A DNA stretch of 64,000 nucleotides, taken from Gekko japonicus. Taxonomy: Eukaryota. The translations under genes and the position numbers were made by a program. The first letter of the stretch is position 1; each line of letters begins with the position of its first letter. Shown here in pieces: positions 44,196 through 58,871 of this stretch. The stretch lies in NCBI RefSeq assembly GCF_001447785.1, contig NW_015176486.1:91862-155861 (forward strand), in the 5' to 3' direction. The notes below the pieces were generated by a model. That model did not search any database and was not told where the DNA came from. It saw nothing but the letters and a program-made list of their open reading frames with translations.

Positions 44196-44577
44196 CCTTC
44201 AGATCAATTATACACCTTCAGTGGAAGTTAGCTGTGATTGACTCACACTGAAAATAATGGGGCTTAAGTTCATTGCAGTTCACTCCAGTAACTCAGGGGC
44301 GGGGTCAGTGGGTTCTGTGCCCATTGTTTTCAGCAGGCTAAGACTAGAGTCATTTTGCATAGGATTGCACTGTTAATTGGAAGAGGCTGTGCGGCATTAA
44401 AGAAGGGGGTTATCTTATATTTGCCTACAACTTACAAGAACATACAGTAATAAATATTTTGTGTATAACATTGGGGGGGGGGATTGTTTTACATGCAGAG
44501 TTGTCTCCTTTTAGGGTAAAAAATTGTGTTTCCTGAGTGTGTCTTTATTCCGACCCTTTTTCGTTCTTCTCTTTCAG

Positions 44578-44736
44578 GACTGCAGTCTTTTCTACGCAAA
44601 ACGATTCTGCCTCCCATGTGCTAACTTGCACTTAGAGGAGTTTCCTTTGGAAATAAAGCAAGATCTGGAGAAAAGAATCCGTTCCAAACCCCAGTCTTCG
44701 CGGAAAGGAGATTCCAAGGACAGAAAGAAGAAGTAG
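44578..44736 (+). CDS. CDPF1: CDPF1 coding exon 3 (terminal); full protein 127 aa
   Basis: cttctctttcag|GAC, DCSLFYAKRFCLPC...EEFPLEIKQDLEKR...KKK*. Confidence 0.95.
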   Translation, partial: DCSLFYAKRFCLPCANLHLEEFPLEIKQDLEKRIRSKPQSSRKGDSKDRKKK

Positions 44737-47109
44737 GATGTTTTTTAGCTCGCAAGAGAGCCTCACAAGAGGGAAGCCAAGGATTGAAAAGGAACACCAG
44801 CTTCATGTGTCCCCTTCACAGAATTTTGATTATCGTCAAAATCGGCACCTGGAAGCCTCTTGGTAGCCGATGGCGCTGTTGCGGTGCCAGTGCTCGGTGT
44901 GCCCATCTGGTCGCGCCCGCTCAGGTCCAAGCAACAGGGGCTGTCACGGTGGGACACTTCTGCAGAGAGGCCTTGGGTGGCCCGGCGTGCACCACAGAGC
45001 AAGCGGTAGGCTTTACCAACATGTTTTACCCATCCTTCTCGCAGCCATATATGGCTTTGTAATGGAAGTTCAGATGCCCAGGAGACGGAATTCCATTCTC
45101 AGAACAGGCCTTTTTTCTGTACTTGCAGCATTCTGGCGAACACCCCCCCGCCCAGGGAATGGGTCTGAGCTTGCCAAAGTCTGGAAAGTACCTTTCTTTG
45201 CAGGTGTTTATTGTCATACAACGTACTGATTTTTTTTGTGTTGTTGGTTTCCATTATTGATGAACTGCTGCCACTCAGCCGTATTATAAGGAAGGAAATC
45301 ATTACCACGCCCAGAGTTGTTGTGGAAGGCTTCCTGAGACAGCTCCCCAAGAGTTTTGTTTGCATGCTGCATTTTTACACACGCACCCCATTCTCAGGAC
45401 GGCATGCAGGCCCTCCCCCCCAGTTTATTCACAGCAAGACTCTGAGTTAGGATAGGCTGAGAGAGAGAGGCTAGTTGGCCCACCCATTCCTCACTGAGCT
45501 CTGTGGCAAAGCTGGGATTTCCTCCCAACATTACCAGTTTTCCCAGAAGTCTGACACCAGCTGTTATGCTTTTAAGCTTCTCCACTGAAGTTACGTTTGG
45601 CAAGAAAAATGCAGGGCCCCTTGCTTTTTGAGCATTAGTAGTCAGGGGAACTTGGACAGAACCGGCTTTCTCTTGATCCAAAAGCAGATTCTCATTATCT
45701 ATGTCCTGTAAATGGCTCTCAAGCGCACATCTCCCTCCTGTAGTGTTGCCATGCCCACTGCCTATTTGGCTGTGGTTGTATTCCCAGATGCCGAGAAGAG
45801 CACCAATGCTCAGCTGGCAGCTTCTTCTTGGAATGTCATTCTGGTCCCGTGGGTTAGCAGGATGGGCGTGAGAATTACTTTACCCAGGGCCCCATTGCAT
45901 TCTGGGGCAGCTCAAGCAGCCTTCTACTGGCCATCTAGTGGAACTGCAGACAGCTCCAATGGGTCAGGTTTGGCTGGTGATTCGGTTCAGCACAGCTGCC
46001 TTTAAAAATGTTCTAAAACGTTTACTGTGTTTTGATTTCAAGCTGTGGGCTAGCCCCGGTGTTCTAAAACACAACCCAAAGAGAGAGAGAGAGAAAAGAA
46101 TTTGCGTTCCTTCACAATGACTGAACTGTTTTGTTAACTGTTTTTTGTAGTTAGCATTTATTGTAGTAAAAATGTTACAGGCCCTATTGCCTATGGACCA
46201 GATCTTTTATTTTTTGTTTGGCCCTGTCAAAAAACCAGACCCATATCTCATGGATCATAACAGCATTGGATAGAGTTCATGTGAGTCACTACAGGGTACA
46301 TCTGAAAAGCCTAAGAGACAAGTATGCAATTCGCTCATCCTGGTATCTGTGGCTGGGTGTTTTCAAGCTCTTTCCCACACAGCAGTGGGACTCTGCTTTG
46401 AGGTCAGTTCTCAGGCAGAAATGGGGCCTTCTCTCAGGGTGGCACCAGAATTAAGGAATCTCCTTTTTGGGAAGATCCCGTTAGGCTTTCACATCTAACT
46501 AAGAATTCTCAGTCGGCAGACTGACCTTTTTGAAGACACTTTTGCTGTTTAAACTTTGTGTGTGACTGCTGGGCATATGTGCTCCTCTGCGTACATTCCA
46601 GCTCCTTAGGTTTTGCCATTGAGTGCTCAAAATAACATTATGGTTAGATACGAGGCTGGCGTCTACCAAGAGCAAGACTTTTGCAATGGTTGCCCCACTT
46701 GTCTTGGAGCAGAATTTAGATTAGCTGCACACCTAGATGACGCTTTATAAACACAAACGCACCCAGTCCTTCTAGCAATACTTCCCCCAGTCTTCCTCCA
46801 AGGATCTCAAGGCAACATATGCAGTTCTGCCTTTCCCCTTTTGTTTTAGTGAGGCTGAGAGTTACCCCAAGGTCACTGAGCTTTGTGGCGATTTGAATCT
46901 GGGTCTCCTGGTTCCTAGCCTGAGGCACCAGCCAGTGCATCACAACATATCAACAGCAGACTGCTTGGGCGAGGGGGAAACTGGCATCCACCACCCCCTT
47001 ACCTATTGAATTTAAATAGGCTTGAAATAAAATGCAAATTATACTCCTGATGGTTTAGCAACCTCCTTCGGGCTAGTTGGAAGTGGCAAAGTCCAGCTCT
47101 GCAAACATC

Positions 47110-47370
47110 AGAAGAAGAGATTGGATTTATACCCCACCCTTCACTACCCAAAGGAGTCTCAGAGCGGCTTACAATCCCTCCCCCTCCCCACAAGAGACAC
47201 CCTGTGAGGCAGTTGGGGCTGAGAGAGCTCTCTTGAGAACTGCCCTTGAGAGAACAGCTCTGAAAGAACTTCTGACTGACCCAAGGTCACCCAGAAGCTG
47301 CATGTGGAGGAGTGGGGAATCAAACCCAGATTAGAGTCCGCACTCCTAACCACTACACCAAAGTGGCTCT
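47110..47370 (-). mobile_element. Squam3-type SINE
   Basis: agaagaagagattggatttatacccc...taaccactacacc. Confidence 0.85.
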
Positions 47371-48079
47371 CAGGTTTCAGGATGTGCTCTTACAGCACTG
47401 AAGACCTTGGCTGGCTANNNNNNNNNNNNNNNNNNNNNNNNNNNNNNNNNNNNNNNNNNNNNNNNNNNNNNNNNNNNNCGTTAGGAATATTGGTCCTAAG
47501 TGAGCAGACATCTTAAACAAGGCCACTGGGGGAAAAATATTCACAAAGTTAGGTTAGTAAATGCAAAATGAAATCAAAGTCAAGCTTTGGGTTTTAATTT
47601 TCTAAGACGACTGTAGATGTAGTGCATCCCATGCAATCAGACTGAAATTCTCTTGTTATTTGCTGCCCATTCATTTCCCTGGGGCTTCTATGCATAGGTT
47701 TCAAGAGGGACCATGCTTTGTCTTTTTAGTTCAGTGGCAGATGAACAAGTACCACGTGTATTGTATCAATGCGGACCATAAATCCAAGTCAGTCATAACG
47801 TTAAGTCTTGTGTGAACAGCTGTAATTAAGCCGGGGAGGGGGGGAGAGACCATTTTTTTTATATTAGAAGGTGAAACCAGTACTTAAAAGAACAAATTTA
47901 AGCCAACTCTGCTGTAAACCAAATATTTAAGATCATACTGAGCGAAAAGCAGAATTCTGCCAGGTTTCTACCTCTAAGAATACCAAGCAGTGAATCTATA
48001 CATACTCTGGGGTCTTGAGCTCAGATACTAACGACATGTTAAGGTCAGTTAACTGAAAGTTTAAATAATTTTGGAGCAA

Positions 48080-48306
48080 GCAAGTGTGCCACTTGGTGGT
48101 GAAAGTCACACAGCTGACTTAGGGCGAACCCCTCATGGGGCTTTCAAGGCAAGAGACGTTCAGAGGTGGTTCGCCATTGCCTGCCTCCGTGTCACAACCT
48201 GGGTATTCTTTGGTGGTCTCCCTCCCAAATACTGCCCAGGGCCCACCCTGCTTAGCTTACAGGATCTGACAAGATAGGGCTAGCCTGGGCTATCCAGATT
48301 GGGGCT
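48080..48306 (-). mobile_element. 5S rRNA-derived SINE
   Basis: Minus strand gccctatcttgtcagatcctgtaagctaagcagggtgggccctgggcagtatttgggagggagacc resembles the 5S internal promoter region; followed by gaggcaggcaatggcgaaccacctc LINE-like tail. Confidence 0.8.
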
Positions 48307-51300
48307 AGGTGGCACTTACTAAACCTAACTAATTTTGTTATGTTGCCATCAGAGGGTAGCAAGTTGGTATATAAATATTTTTTTTTAAAGCCTCTTATGT
48401 GAAACAGTCATCAATGACCGTTGTATTAAAAAAAAGAGAGCGTGCCGTCGAGTGCCAGCCAACTTATAGTGATGTGACCCTATGAAGCCCCACCTTACGC
48501 AGATTTCAGAGCAAGAGATAAGCAGAGATGGTTTTTCATTGCTTTCCCATTTTATTACGAGAGACAAATCGTATGTCGCTACACTCTTCCTTAAAAAAAA
48601 TACATAATCCATTTTTAGAAATATTTTATTTGAACACATTAAGGCAAAAATCACATTGTGAAATTACCCCTCTTTACATACATTCATCAGTCTTACAGAT
48701 GAGTTTGAAGTGCACAGAGGTTCTAACAAGATCCCAGAGTCATTAAATAACGTCTTATTATTCAGTCCCTTATTATCTGAGCAGGAAAATCAAATGTGAA
48801 ACCAAAAGTTAGAAAAATACACTGTCAGTTAATGGCCACTAGAACATGGATCGATCAGATTATTTTGTTAAAAATGTCCTCACCTGTCTTTTTTTGCAAA
48901 TGAGAAGGAAGAGAGTTCAACTTCTACACCCTTCTCGAAATTGTTTACCTGAGCAGTTTCACCCACCTGTCTGAACGCAACGAAATACACATGCTGTTTT
49001 AATAAATGTAACCTGAGTTAATGTTTCTTCTATGTAGAAGACAAAGGTTTCTCTAACACAGTCAAGGGAACCTACAATACTAGGAAATTAATGGCCACCT
49101 ATCTCCAAGTAGTCCTATTCTTCCCCAGCTACGGTGAACTTATAAGTGCTTCAAACTTTCAGAACAGCAGATGGTTTGATTTGTCACTCCATATAAGTGT
49201 GAACACAGAGATTTTACTTGAAGAACAGACCTCTCATTCCTATTCAACAAACGTATGGACTTTGCGACCTCAGGAAGTTCCCCACAACTGAGTTCAAAAA
49301 CGCCTAAGGGATGCCTTTCATATTAACTCCATTTTAACTAGTTATTTCTATCATTGTTCTCTGTTAACATCTGCATTTCATGTACTTTTAGCCTCAGACC
49401 GTAATCAATCCCTGCACGTGACCCAGGCTGGACCAGCTGGCCTGGTTAGCAACGCACCCCCCCTTCTCCAAGCTGTCAAAGTGACTACACATACGAACCA
49501 AACTGGAACTTGAGTCGTCTCTCGAACTAGTATCTGATGAAGGAAGTGCTGACTCCCAAAAGCTCATACCCTGAAAATCTTGTTGGTCTCTGTGGTGCTG
49601 CTGGACTCGAATGTAGCTCTTCTACGTGGCCACCCTCCGAAACCGTCTTCCTGAACTAGTGGTAGTAAAGTTCCTCGAAAGCTGCCTTGCCATGGAACCC
49701 TGGGAAGCAAGAGGGCTGGTCAACTGGATGGGATTCCATTCCCTTCAAGAGGAGGGACGTGGCAACTCTGCAAGTGGTACAGGTGGAGCCCAAAGACCCT
49801 CGTTTCTCCTTAAACATCCCCTCCCCCCCCCTAAAAAACAGGGCTCATTCTAATCAGATTTTAGATCCCTGTTTAAGGACCGGCTATACAATTAAGAGAG
49901 CACACCATAAAATTTACAGATCAACGTCCCCCCCCCCCCACGATTTTTTTTATCTGCTTCTAGAGATGAATCGTATCACATTTTGCAACCTTAAGCCAGC
50001 AAGGACTTCCAAAGTGCTCTAGGAAGGACTCTCTGGGACTGCGCTGTTGGGGTTGCCATGACTATACTGAGCTCACACAGGCACTTTAACAATGAGTCTA
50101 CAGGACTAAAATGACCAGTAAATCCTTAGGCTAAATCCTTAGATGATGTGTAATCCCGCAAAGAGTCTGTGAAAACTGGTCTACGCACACACGGGGCAGA
50201 TGTGAACTGTCTCCCAAAGCCTTACTCGGCTCCATTCCTCACTGCGTGTCAACAAACCTCGTAAGAAACGGAAGACCACGCAGCGCCACAACCGATTCAG
50301 AAGCAAAACAGCAGAAAGCAGTTATACAACAGTTCAGATACAGTTCAATACATCTGTCTGAGTTCTTTACAGGTTGTTTTATTGCTGCCACAGATTAAGG
50401 GGGAAAGGGGGCAGGAAAATGATCTTACAAGCTGTCACCAGGCGAGTAATCTGTTTGGCAGTTTCTAACCCGCTCCGGGGATTAACACGCGGTCTAACCG
50501 TACACTGCAGTCATCTGTCAGTAATAGTGGTGCCCTGCCCGTCACTTCAGAATGCTCCTAAATAAAACTCTCAGGCCACAGATGTTTAAATTACCATCTG
50601 CCACTTTTCTACACGAGGTCTGTTTCCACATCTTCACACCTGAACGGCTGGGGCTCTCCTGTGGTCAGCAAAGTGACTCTGCAGGAGCTCCACTGTTCTC
50701 TATCGTTAAAGGGCAGAACTTTTTTCCTGGGGGAACGCGCCGGAATGTAGTTCTGGAACCTCTTTGGCAAAATTCTTTTAGAAATGTTTAAAAGTTCATG
50801 AGTTTTCAGGATACCGATTGAAAACCTAATTTCCTTCTTGAGAGTTCCGGCACCTCCCCCCCCCCAAAAAAGCCCTGTTAAAGAGCATGACCCGCCCAGA
50901 ACTGGTGCTTTGCAACCCCCCGCCCATTAATTTTAATGGCGCTAGTGATGGAATCCCACAAATGCAGCTGTGAGTCCAGCAAATGAATAGCCTCAATGTA
51001 CACCTACAGTGAGGGAAGGCACCTGGTCCGTCAGATGATTCCTTTCTTTTTTTAATAAATAGTTTTATTAGTCCATCAGATGATTCCTACTGCACTAGAG
51101 ACCAAATCTCCGCAATGCTGTAAAGTTCCTAACAATCGTAAACGATGCCATTATGGTACCCATTACTACTCTGAGTACCTGCAGTGCACATTAATGGAAA
51201 ATGTAACCCCAAAGTAGTGATCCTGAACCCATAGGTCAGAGACCCTCAGGTCTGTCACGGAGCCCCACCTGCTCCCACAGAACTGCCGTTTTTTGCTATT

Positions 51301-54300
51301 TTCTGGAAGTCCTGCTCCTAGTGCACACATGGGGTGAGGGAGGGGTGCACCACCTCCTGCCTCTTTCAGCACACCTTCAAGGATCCAGGTGGCAAGGTGA
51401 GGCCACGCAATAGTGGAGATAATCCCTCTTTGGCCTGGGCAAGTTATGAGAATCTGACCCTTCCTCGGCTTGGATGTCATGTGGCGCCCACTCACATGCT
51501 TTGCGCGGCAACCTCATGGTTAAGCACCCCCACCCCCACCACCCAAGTTTGGAAGGGCTGCGGACCACTGCTTGAAAGCCGGTATTGCTCATACACTTCT
51601 GATTCCACACCCCCCCCCAGTACTTTTTACTCACATGAAGGCACTCGTATTGCTGACAATTTTTGAATACATAATTTATCACAGTTGTGAATATCTCAGA
51701 TCAACAAATGGCTTTTAATTGTTACTATAGCAATTTTTCTGTATAGTTATTAGTGCTTGATATTTGATGAAATGAAAAATTGATGAAATCCCCATTACAC
51801 TAGACTACACAGTAGCTGAATGTTGTCAATTTTATCATTTAACCACCTCATAAGAGAAACAAGAATGGGAAATGCAACATTATTCGGGGGGGGGGGGTAT
51901 GGCACATGGAAATACCAAGAAATTAAATCCAAGAGAAGACTTTGCAAACAAAGACGTAGGACTGTACAGGCAAATATGGACTCTGTTTCAGTTATTCTTA
52001 TCAAACTACAGTGGGACAGCAGCAGGTGGGGGGAGGCAGAACTTCCTCCCTCCCACAGATAAAGCACTGAGGTTATACAATTTTTGCCTCGATTGCTGAA
52101 TGTCAAAAGATTCAGTAAGGCATAGGAAATGGTAGGCGTAATGAAAGCTCCCCCCAAAAGCAGGCCTCCAGCTCAAAAGCTAACATCAGCTGGAAGTGGA
52201 ACTGTAATTGGTCAGGTTACTTGGAAGGTACAGGAGGAAAATGAACAGCAGTGGTCTATTAACGCAGTTTCTTGCTACACAGTGTTACAATTTGAGCTGC
52301 AGAAAACGTATGAGCCAAGTGCATCACAGGTGCACCGTCTGTCCCCAGGGGCTGGCGATCTCCTAAGAAAGCCACTGGGGGATGCAGGCAGCCCAGGTAT
52401 CCATTAAGCCCTCCCAGACTTAATGGGTAGTGGTAAAGACTCTGCCTGTAATAGTTTTATGCCCCTCCCCCCTTGATCACAAGATCTAGCTAATCTGAGA
52501 GATGCCGAAAAATGTTTCTTTGGCTCGGAGTAGCAGATGATCTTCTTGGCTACCAAATTCTTCTCTCGCTCAAATCATAAATTTGAGCAAATCTGAATCC
52601 CCATCTCTTCTCCATCCCAAGTTATGCTCCCTGTTGATGGGGAGTAATGGAGGAGCAGCTGAGAGGAAAGGAAGTTCTTCCAATTTTCACTCTCCATCTC
52701 TATTTCTTCCTGCTGGTGGATCCTGGGAATTGTAGCTTCCAAAACAACTGGCATTAACCACCTACATTCCCAGAATGCATGACGCTCCCAGTCTTCACTC
52801 CCATATACATTCTGGCCACTACCCTTCCATGAATGCACCAGAGGAAATGAAGTATAGAAGAATAAAGGAGGATGCACCTGTACTGGGAATAGGGAGCTTG
52901 CCCATAGCTTAGGTTTGCAAACCTCTAGGTAGGGCCAGGCCTGGAGATCTCCAGATGACAGAGATCCGTTCCCCCTGGAGAAAATGCCTACTCTATGGCA
53001 GGACAGCCTATTGAGCTCCCTCCCGTCCCCAGGCCCCACCCCCAACATCTCCAGGAATGTCCGCACCCTGAGTTGGTGACCCAATCATAGCTACAGCCTG
53101 AATTTGCTGGTTCCCTGCTAAGGAAGGGCTCTCGGGGCCCCACACTTGTCACCAGGGGTCATTTCCTGTGGGAGCGCACAGGAGCGGAGCTCCGGCGGTA
53201 AGGAGCTCAGGGGGCGGGCACATGCAACAAGCCCCGCCCCATGCTCCCAGGAGCCCTCAGTTGGGCCACAAGGAGCAAGAAGCAGCCAGGTCAGGGGGTG
53301 TGGCATATGCAAACAAGTTACACTAATGAGTTATGCTAATAAGCTCCTGCACCTCTTTTTCTACAAAATGACCCCTGCTTGTCACCAAAAACCTTGCCTG
53401 AATGGCACCACTGCCAAATGCCCCAGCAATATAGGGGCTCCCCCCTTTGTCTCACTCACAATATGGAGTTGGGTGCAATGATTAGCCGTTCAAGGTTACG
53501 AAATGCAGAATTCCAAGAGTCAAGAGACCGAACGGGAGGCAGCAGTGCAACATTCAACAGCTATTTTTCTAAGATTCCTTACACTAAAAATAGAAAGGGG
53601 CACCAGGGCTGCATTAGAGCGGAAACCAATTCCAGGTGCTGCATTTTATTTTCTGTGCTTCTGCTTCGACTGTTTGTTTAGGTTTTCTTCCTGACCTTGT
53701 AGATCTGCAAAAACGGGCTAGAAAGCTCAGGAGGGCAGCCTCCGATGTAGCTGCTGCTGCTGAGCTACCTTTTGGTACTAGACAATAATGCCGTATTAGG
53801 CTTCAAGAAGAAGCCGCGTGGGCCCACGAATCCAAAAATAGTGTACTGAAAGAAATGCACACTTTCTAGTAAGATACTAACACTTTGGCAGAAAGAAAGC
53901 ATCTGGTTGGCTTTCAAATCCTCAGCTTCACATATTTCTCTCTGCCGTTGCCAAAGAGAAAGCTGCCCCCCCCCCCAATGAAGCTTAGTGCAAATTTTCT
54001 GGATATATGAATGGGGAAGAGGAGGACGCAAATGGAAGATTCCAGTTTAAAGCAAGGGTACTCTGCACCAGGAAAAGTGTTGTGCAAAACTGCAGTCTGT
54101 GCTTGGGGAAGTCCTGTTTTATTGCATGTCTTAGTTACCAGGGCTAATATCAATGACGCTTTGGGTTATTCCTGCTTACAAGGAATTCAAACTCATATCG
54201 GAAGATTTTCCTATTAAAATACGTTCAGAAATTCGTATCCATCACTAGAATCCCAACCTGAAGCCATTAATATTGGACACAAATGTGCAAAAAAATAATA

Positions 54301-55108
54301 ATTTCTAAGCCGCTAAACAAAAAATCATTTCATTCTTTCGCATGACAAAAATCAGTGCAGGAACCTCCTTGTGGTTCATTCGGGTTTGCCACACGGACCC
54401 TTTCACACAAGGTGTACATTTTTTGAAGAATCTAATTTGCGTAATCCTATTTCCGTGATCTGTAGAGGTAGCAGATTTCATTTTTGGAAAGCAAAACTAA
54501 AAAACGAAACTTTTGTTCAATATTTATGCTTGTGTTATTGCCCCAGTCCTATGTCTTTCAAATGATAGTGCAAACAGCTTTCCAGTGCATCTAGTAAAAG
54601 TCCATTAACCTATTGCTGACATTTCTACAAGTTTTTAGAGTTCTTTCTGCATTTGCACTTTACAGGCTGCAGCTAAGAATGGCAAGACACCTACACTGGA
54701 TTGGCGGACAAACGAAAACAGGTGGGCGCTCTGCAGATTGCCTCCTAGGTTATTCTGGACTACAAAACAAGGGCACTGCAGAGAAGGGCCCGTGAAACAG
54801 CAAAGCACTAGAAGAACACCCGGACAATTAGAAACCAACAGAACATGGAAATCTCTAAAAAGAAATGTGGTATGAAACAGCTGGGGGGGGGGGGAACAGT
54901 CTGCAAGTCCAGAGACCAATTCTACAGGAAAAACTGTCTTCCAAGTAAGCTTCTTGACCCAAGTATCCTGAGTCAACAATCTCCAGGCAGAGGTTTCAAT
55001 TTGTCTTAATCACAATACACCAATGGCAAGGGAGCTTTTGACCTATCAAATCCTTTTGGGGGCTCTAGAGAAACCAGCGTTATTTTTTGGTACGCAGAGG
55101 TTATGTTC

Positions 55109-55143
<35 letters not shown>
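55109..55143. repeat. (CAAT)n microsatellite
   Basis: Direct tandem tetranucleotide, about 8 units. Confidence 0.9.
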
Positions 55144-55144
<1 letters not shown>

Positions 55145-55880
55145 GAAGGCACATTGATTTATGAGGGGGAGAGAAACTATCTTGCAACTCCCCCTTTTCA
55201 TTAAACAAATTCCCCCACCAACACACACACACACACCTTATGGAAAGACAATGGAAGATGAAACCTGCACGGTTATCACCAACTGAAAGAATTCTGTTCT
55301 CCCCCCCCAAAAATCCCCCCCCAACATGGATTTATAATGTGAAATGTGATTCTGTAAAATGCATCACAAAATAAATTAAAAAGAACTTTCACAATTCTCT
55401 TCAGAACTGTTGTGCAGACGCTTGCACCAGACAGGCAGCCTCCACTAAATGAACACCTTCTGGACCAGCGCCATTTGAAATAACTACTTGCCTTTTTCTA
55501 AAAACACCCTGGCATGTAACAGTAGTGCACACTAAAAACACACACACATACATACACACACACACAGCCAAATGTAGCCGCTTCAAATATTACAGCACTG
55601 TAATATACTCCAGGGACCTTTTAAGAACGTGTGATGTAGCCTTTAGGAGGGGGGAAAAACCCCAGTTTGAGTGGACAGAGTACACAAGTTTGGCATGAGG
55701 AGATCCATGGGCAAGCCTACATCTTACAGGTCACTTTCATACCCACTTAAAGGCCACGTCTTCCCCAAAGGATCTTGGGAGGTTGTAGTACAGTGATGGA
55801 GCTCAGACCTCTGCTAGCAATTCATAGGCACTCTGACAGAATTAGTTCCTAGGGGTCCCCAGAAGCACATATCTGGGAGA

Positions 55881-56070
55881 GGGGCTGTGGCTCAGTGGTA
55901 GAGCATCTGCTTTGCACGCAGAATGTCCCAGGTTCAATCCCCGGCATCTCCAGCTAAAAGGAGAAGAGGTAGGAGGTGATGTGACTAGCCTCTGCTCAAG
56001 ACCTTGGAGAGCCACTGCCAGTACTGACTCCGACAGACCTATGGTCTGATTCAGTATAAGGCAACTTCAA
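55881..56070 (+). mobile_element. tRNA-Ala-derived SINE
   Basis: ggggctgtggctcagtggtagagcatctgctttgcacgcagaatgtcccaggttcaatccccggcatctcca (A and B boxes) plus non-tRNA body and ggtctgattcagtataaggca tail. Confidence 0.85.
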
Positions 56071-56589
56071 GTGACAGTATGGCTATTAAGCCACTATACA
56101 GATAAAGATAGCATGTGTTATATGACAGCAAAGAATCTATGAACGCGAGGTCAAGTGACGAATGCACAGGTTTCAGACAGAGACAGGAGCCAAGATCCAG
56201 AAAGCTGCTCTAGATGCGCCTAGAGAATTGGGTGTGACCTGTGGCACCTCTTTAAAGTGCCCTCCTCCTCCTCCTCCTCCTCCTCCCATCATGTCAGATG
56301 CACTTTTGAGCAAGTTTCAAACGTAGTTTGCCATGCCGCATGGGGTACTCCTACCATGGAAACACAAATCCAATGCCCGCTTGGGCATCCCTGGTTAGAA
56401 CTGCCAGCCATCCTACAGTAGTAAAAAAAGGGAAGGGCTGAAGGCTTGAAATGGCAGAACTTTCTAAAGAACTCTTTGTCAGTACGGTGGTCTTCAACCC
56501 ATGGATCAGGACTCTCAGGAGACACATGGAGCCCCACCAGCTGGGTCATCAGGGCCCTACAGAGCTGCTTTTTTCTGGCAGGTTTTTAA

Positions 56590-56786
56590 ATTTAATGTAT
56601 TTATACCCTGCCTCTCTCCCCCATGGGGGCGGGCCCAGAGTGCCTTACATCACTCTCCTCCATCTTATCCTCACAGCAACCACTGAGGTAAGTTAGGCTG
56701 AGAGTATGACTGGCTCAAGGTCGCCCAGCAAGCTTCTGTGGTATGAGTGGGGATTCGAACCAGATACCAACCCAACACTCCTCTCA
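56590..56786 (-). mobile_element. Squam3/MIR-like SINE
   Basis: atttataccctgcc...atcctcacagcaacc...caaggtcgcccagc...accactacaacacc. Confidence 0.75.
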
Positions 56787-57656
56787 CCACTACAACACCC
56801 TGGCTCTCAGATTTGCGGCAGGACCATTCGTGCTCACGAGCAGAGGGGCACAGGCACTTGACGGTGGCCAGCATTTACTTTCAGTCCAGGCAGGTTCAGA
56901 GGTCATCCCCTTTCCCACAGACGTCTTCCCTTGCACTTTGTTTCCCCTGCCACTCCTGCCAGTCTGCCCTCCGATGCTCTACAAAAGCTTCCCAATAAAA
57001 ATGAAGTTTCACAGGTGTGCGCCTGGGGGCCCCCATGCTAGAATCAGAGCATCGGTAGGAGGGGAATGTCACCTGGCTGGACAGGTGAGGGGGGAAAGAA
57101 GGCAAAGGATAGTGTGTGTGTGTGTGTGGGGGGGGCATATGCATGTTACTCTGAATCCACCTGTCCTGTCTTATTCCTTACTACAGAGAGTTTCCTCGGG
57201 ATGGAAATGCACACTGAGAAATGGCTGTCTTGGTCTGCTACCCATGGCCCTGACCTTGACACTGGTGAGGTCATAACTCTGCTTTGTCTTCTTCCTAGCA
57301 GGTGACCCGTGACATGTCTACATGGGCTGTCATGACATGTGACTTCTATCACATATTTCTGTCTTCTCAGTGCGTCCCACCTGGAGGGGTGGAAGACCAC
57401 GGCCATTGGCAGATTTCAGAGTCGGCGTAACTAATCACCCACTGCTGCCCAAATTTAAAGTCAACCCAGATCGTTGCCCTATTCATAAGCACTACACAAT
57501 CTTGAGTACAAAAATAAGATTCCAGTTTAACCCCTTTTTAGCTTCACTCGTGATTTGAAACCAAAGCACAGCACAGAAAATTGTGCAAAGTAGTTTGTTC
57601 CCATCTGTTAATATTGCCGACGTCTTTACAGATCATACAAAAGCCCCCCAAAAGCC

Positions 57657-57929
<273 letters not shown>

Positions 57930-58511
57930 TCATGTCATTGCACAACGGTCAATTTGCCAAACAAGAAATTATCTGTGGGGAGAGCTGACCGAAAGGCCTG
58001 CCGCTTGCTCGGGGTGGTGGTGGAGGGGGCTGCATGGTCAGCATACAAATATTACAGGAGAGTGGGGAAACACAGGCTTATTTTGCATCACCCGTGAGGG
58101 ATTATTTTGTAAGACGAACATCCCACAGCAATTACTTTACCAGTTTCACTACATGTCATTGGCCCTGGCTGGTGCCTTTAACTGCTTATTGCCTTAAATG
58201 ATTCCGGGTACAATGTCTGTCCTCTTACCTCACTGCTCTTTAATTACTACAGTATGAGCCCTTTGGTGACAGAAACACGTGGGCTGCAACCTGCTCTGGA
58301 GCTACACGTCAGAAGGGTGTGTGTGCACAAAAGGCTCCTCTTTGCTCTTGTACAAGTTGACTGCTTGCAGCGCTTTTTTAACTGATACACTGGGGGGGGG
58401 GGATCTTGCTTGATTCCCCCCCTGCCTTGTGGCACTCTGTCCATTGGGGACGTTAAGCGGATGGGGGGAGGGAAGGCAGTCTTCGAGGACCTAACCTGAT
58501 AATATCTAGAA

Positions 58512-58871
58512 GCAGGGTTTTTTTGTAGAAAAAGCCCAGCAGGAACACATTAGCATAATAGGCCACACCCCTGACAGCGCAGCTCATTAGCATATTAGGC
58601 CGCACCCCCATGTTACCAGAAGTGTGGTCATCCAGCCACACGCGCCTTTTGCTTCTTATTCCGTTTTACCTTGTTTGTTGTCAAAACCCAGAGCTTTTTT
58701 TGTAGCAGGAACTCCTTTGCATGTTAGGCCACACACCTCTAATGTAGCCAATCCTAATGAGTTTCTGCTCTTGGGTGTGGCCTATTATGCTAATGAGTTC
58801 CTGCTGGGCGTGGCCAACTCAGGAGCCAGCCGGAACTCCGTTCCTGTGCGTTCCTGCCCCAAAATAGCCCT
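58512..58871. mobile_element. hAT-like MITE cluster, family of 21465-21646
   Basis: cagggtttttttgtagaaaaagcccagcaggaac..., tgtagcaggaactcctttgcatgttaggccacac..., ends aaaatagccctg. Confidence 0.7.

Larger units (their letters stand above)
47570..57656 (-). other. PPARA: Probable long PPARA 3' UTR (distal limit uncertain)
   Basis: Directly follows the PPARA stop; mammalian PPARA has a multi-kb 3' UTR ending close to CDPF1; no other gene seen here; minus-strand ATTAAA near 47593-47598. Confidence 0.35.

Noticed and set aside
48190-48300. 5S rRNA gene
   Set aside because: Too diverged and fused to a LINE-like tail; 5S-derived SINE
55881-55952. tRNA-Ala gene
   Set aside because: Mismatched stems and direct continuation into a SINE body; it is a SINE head
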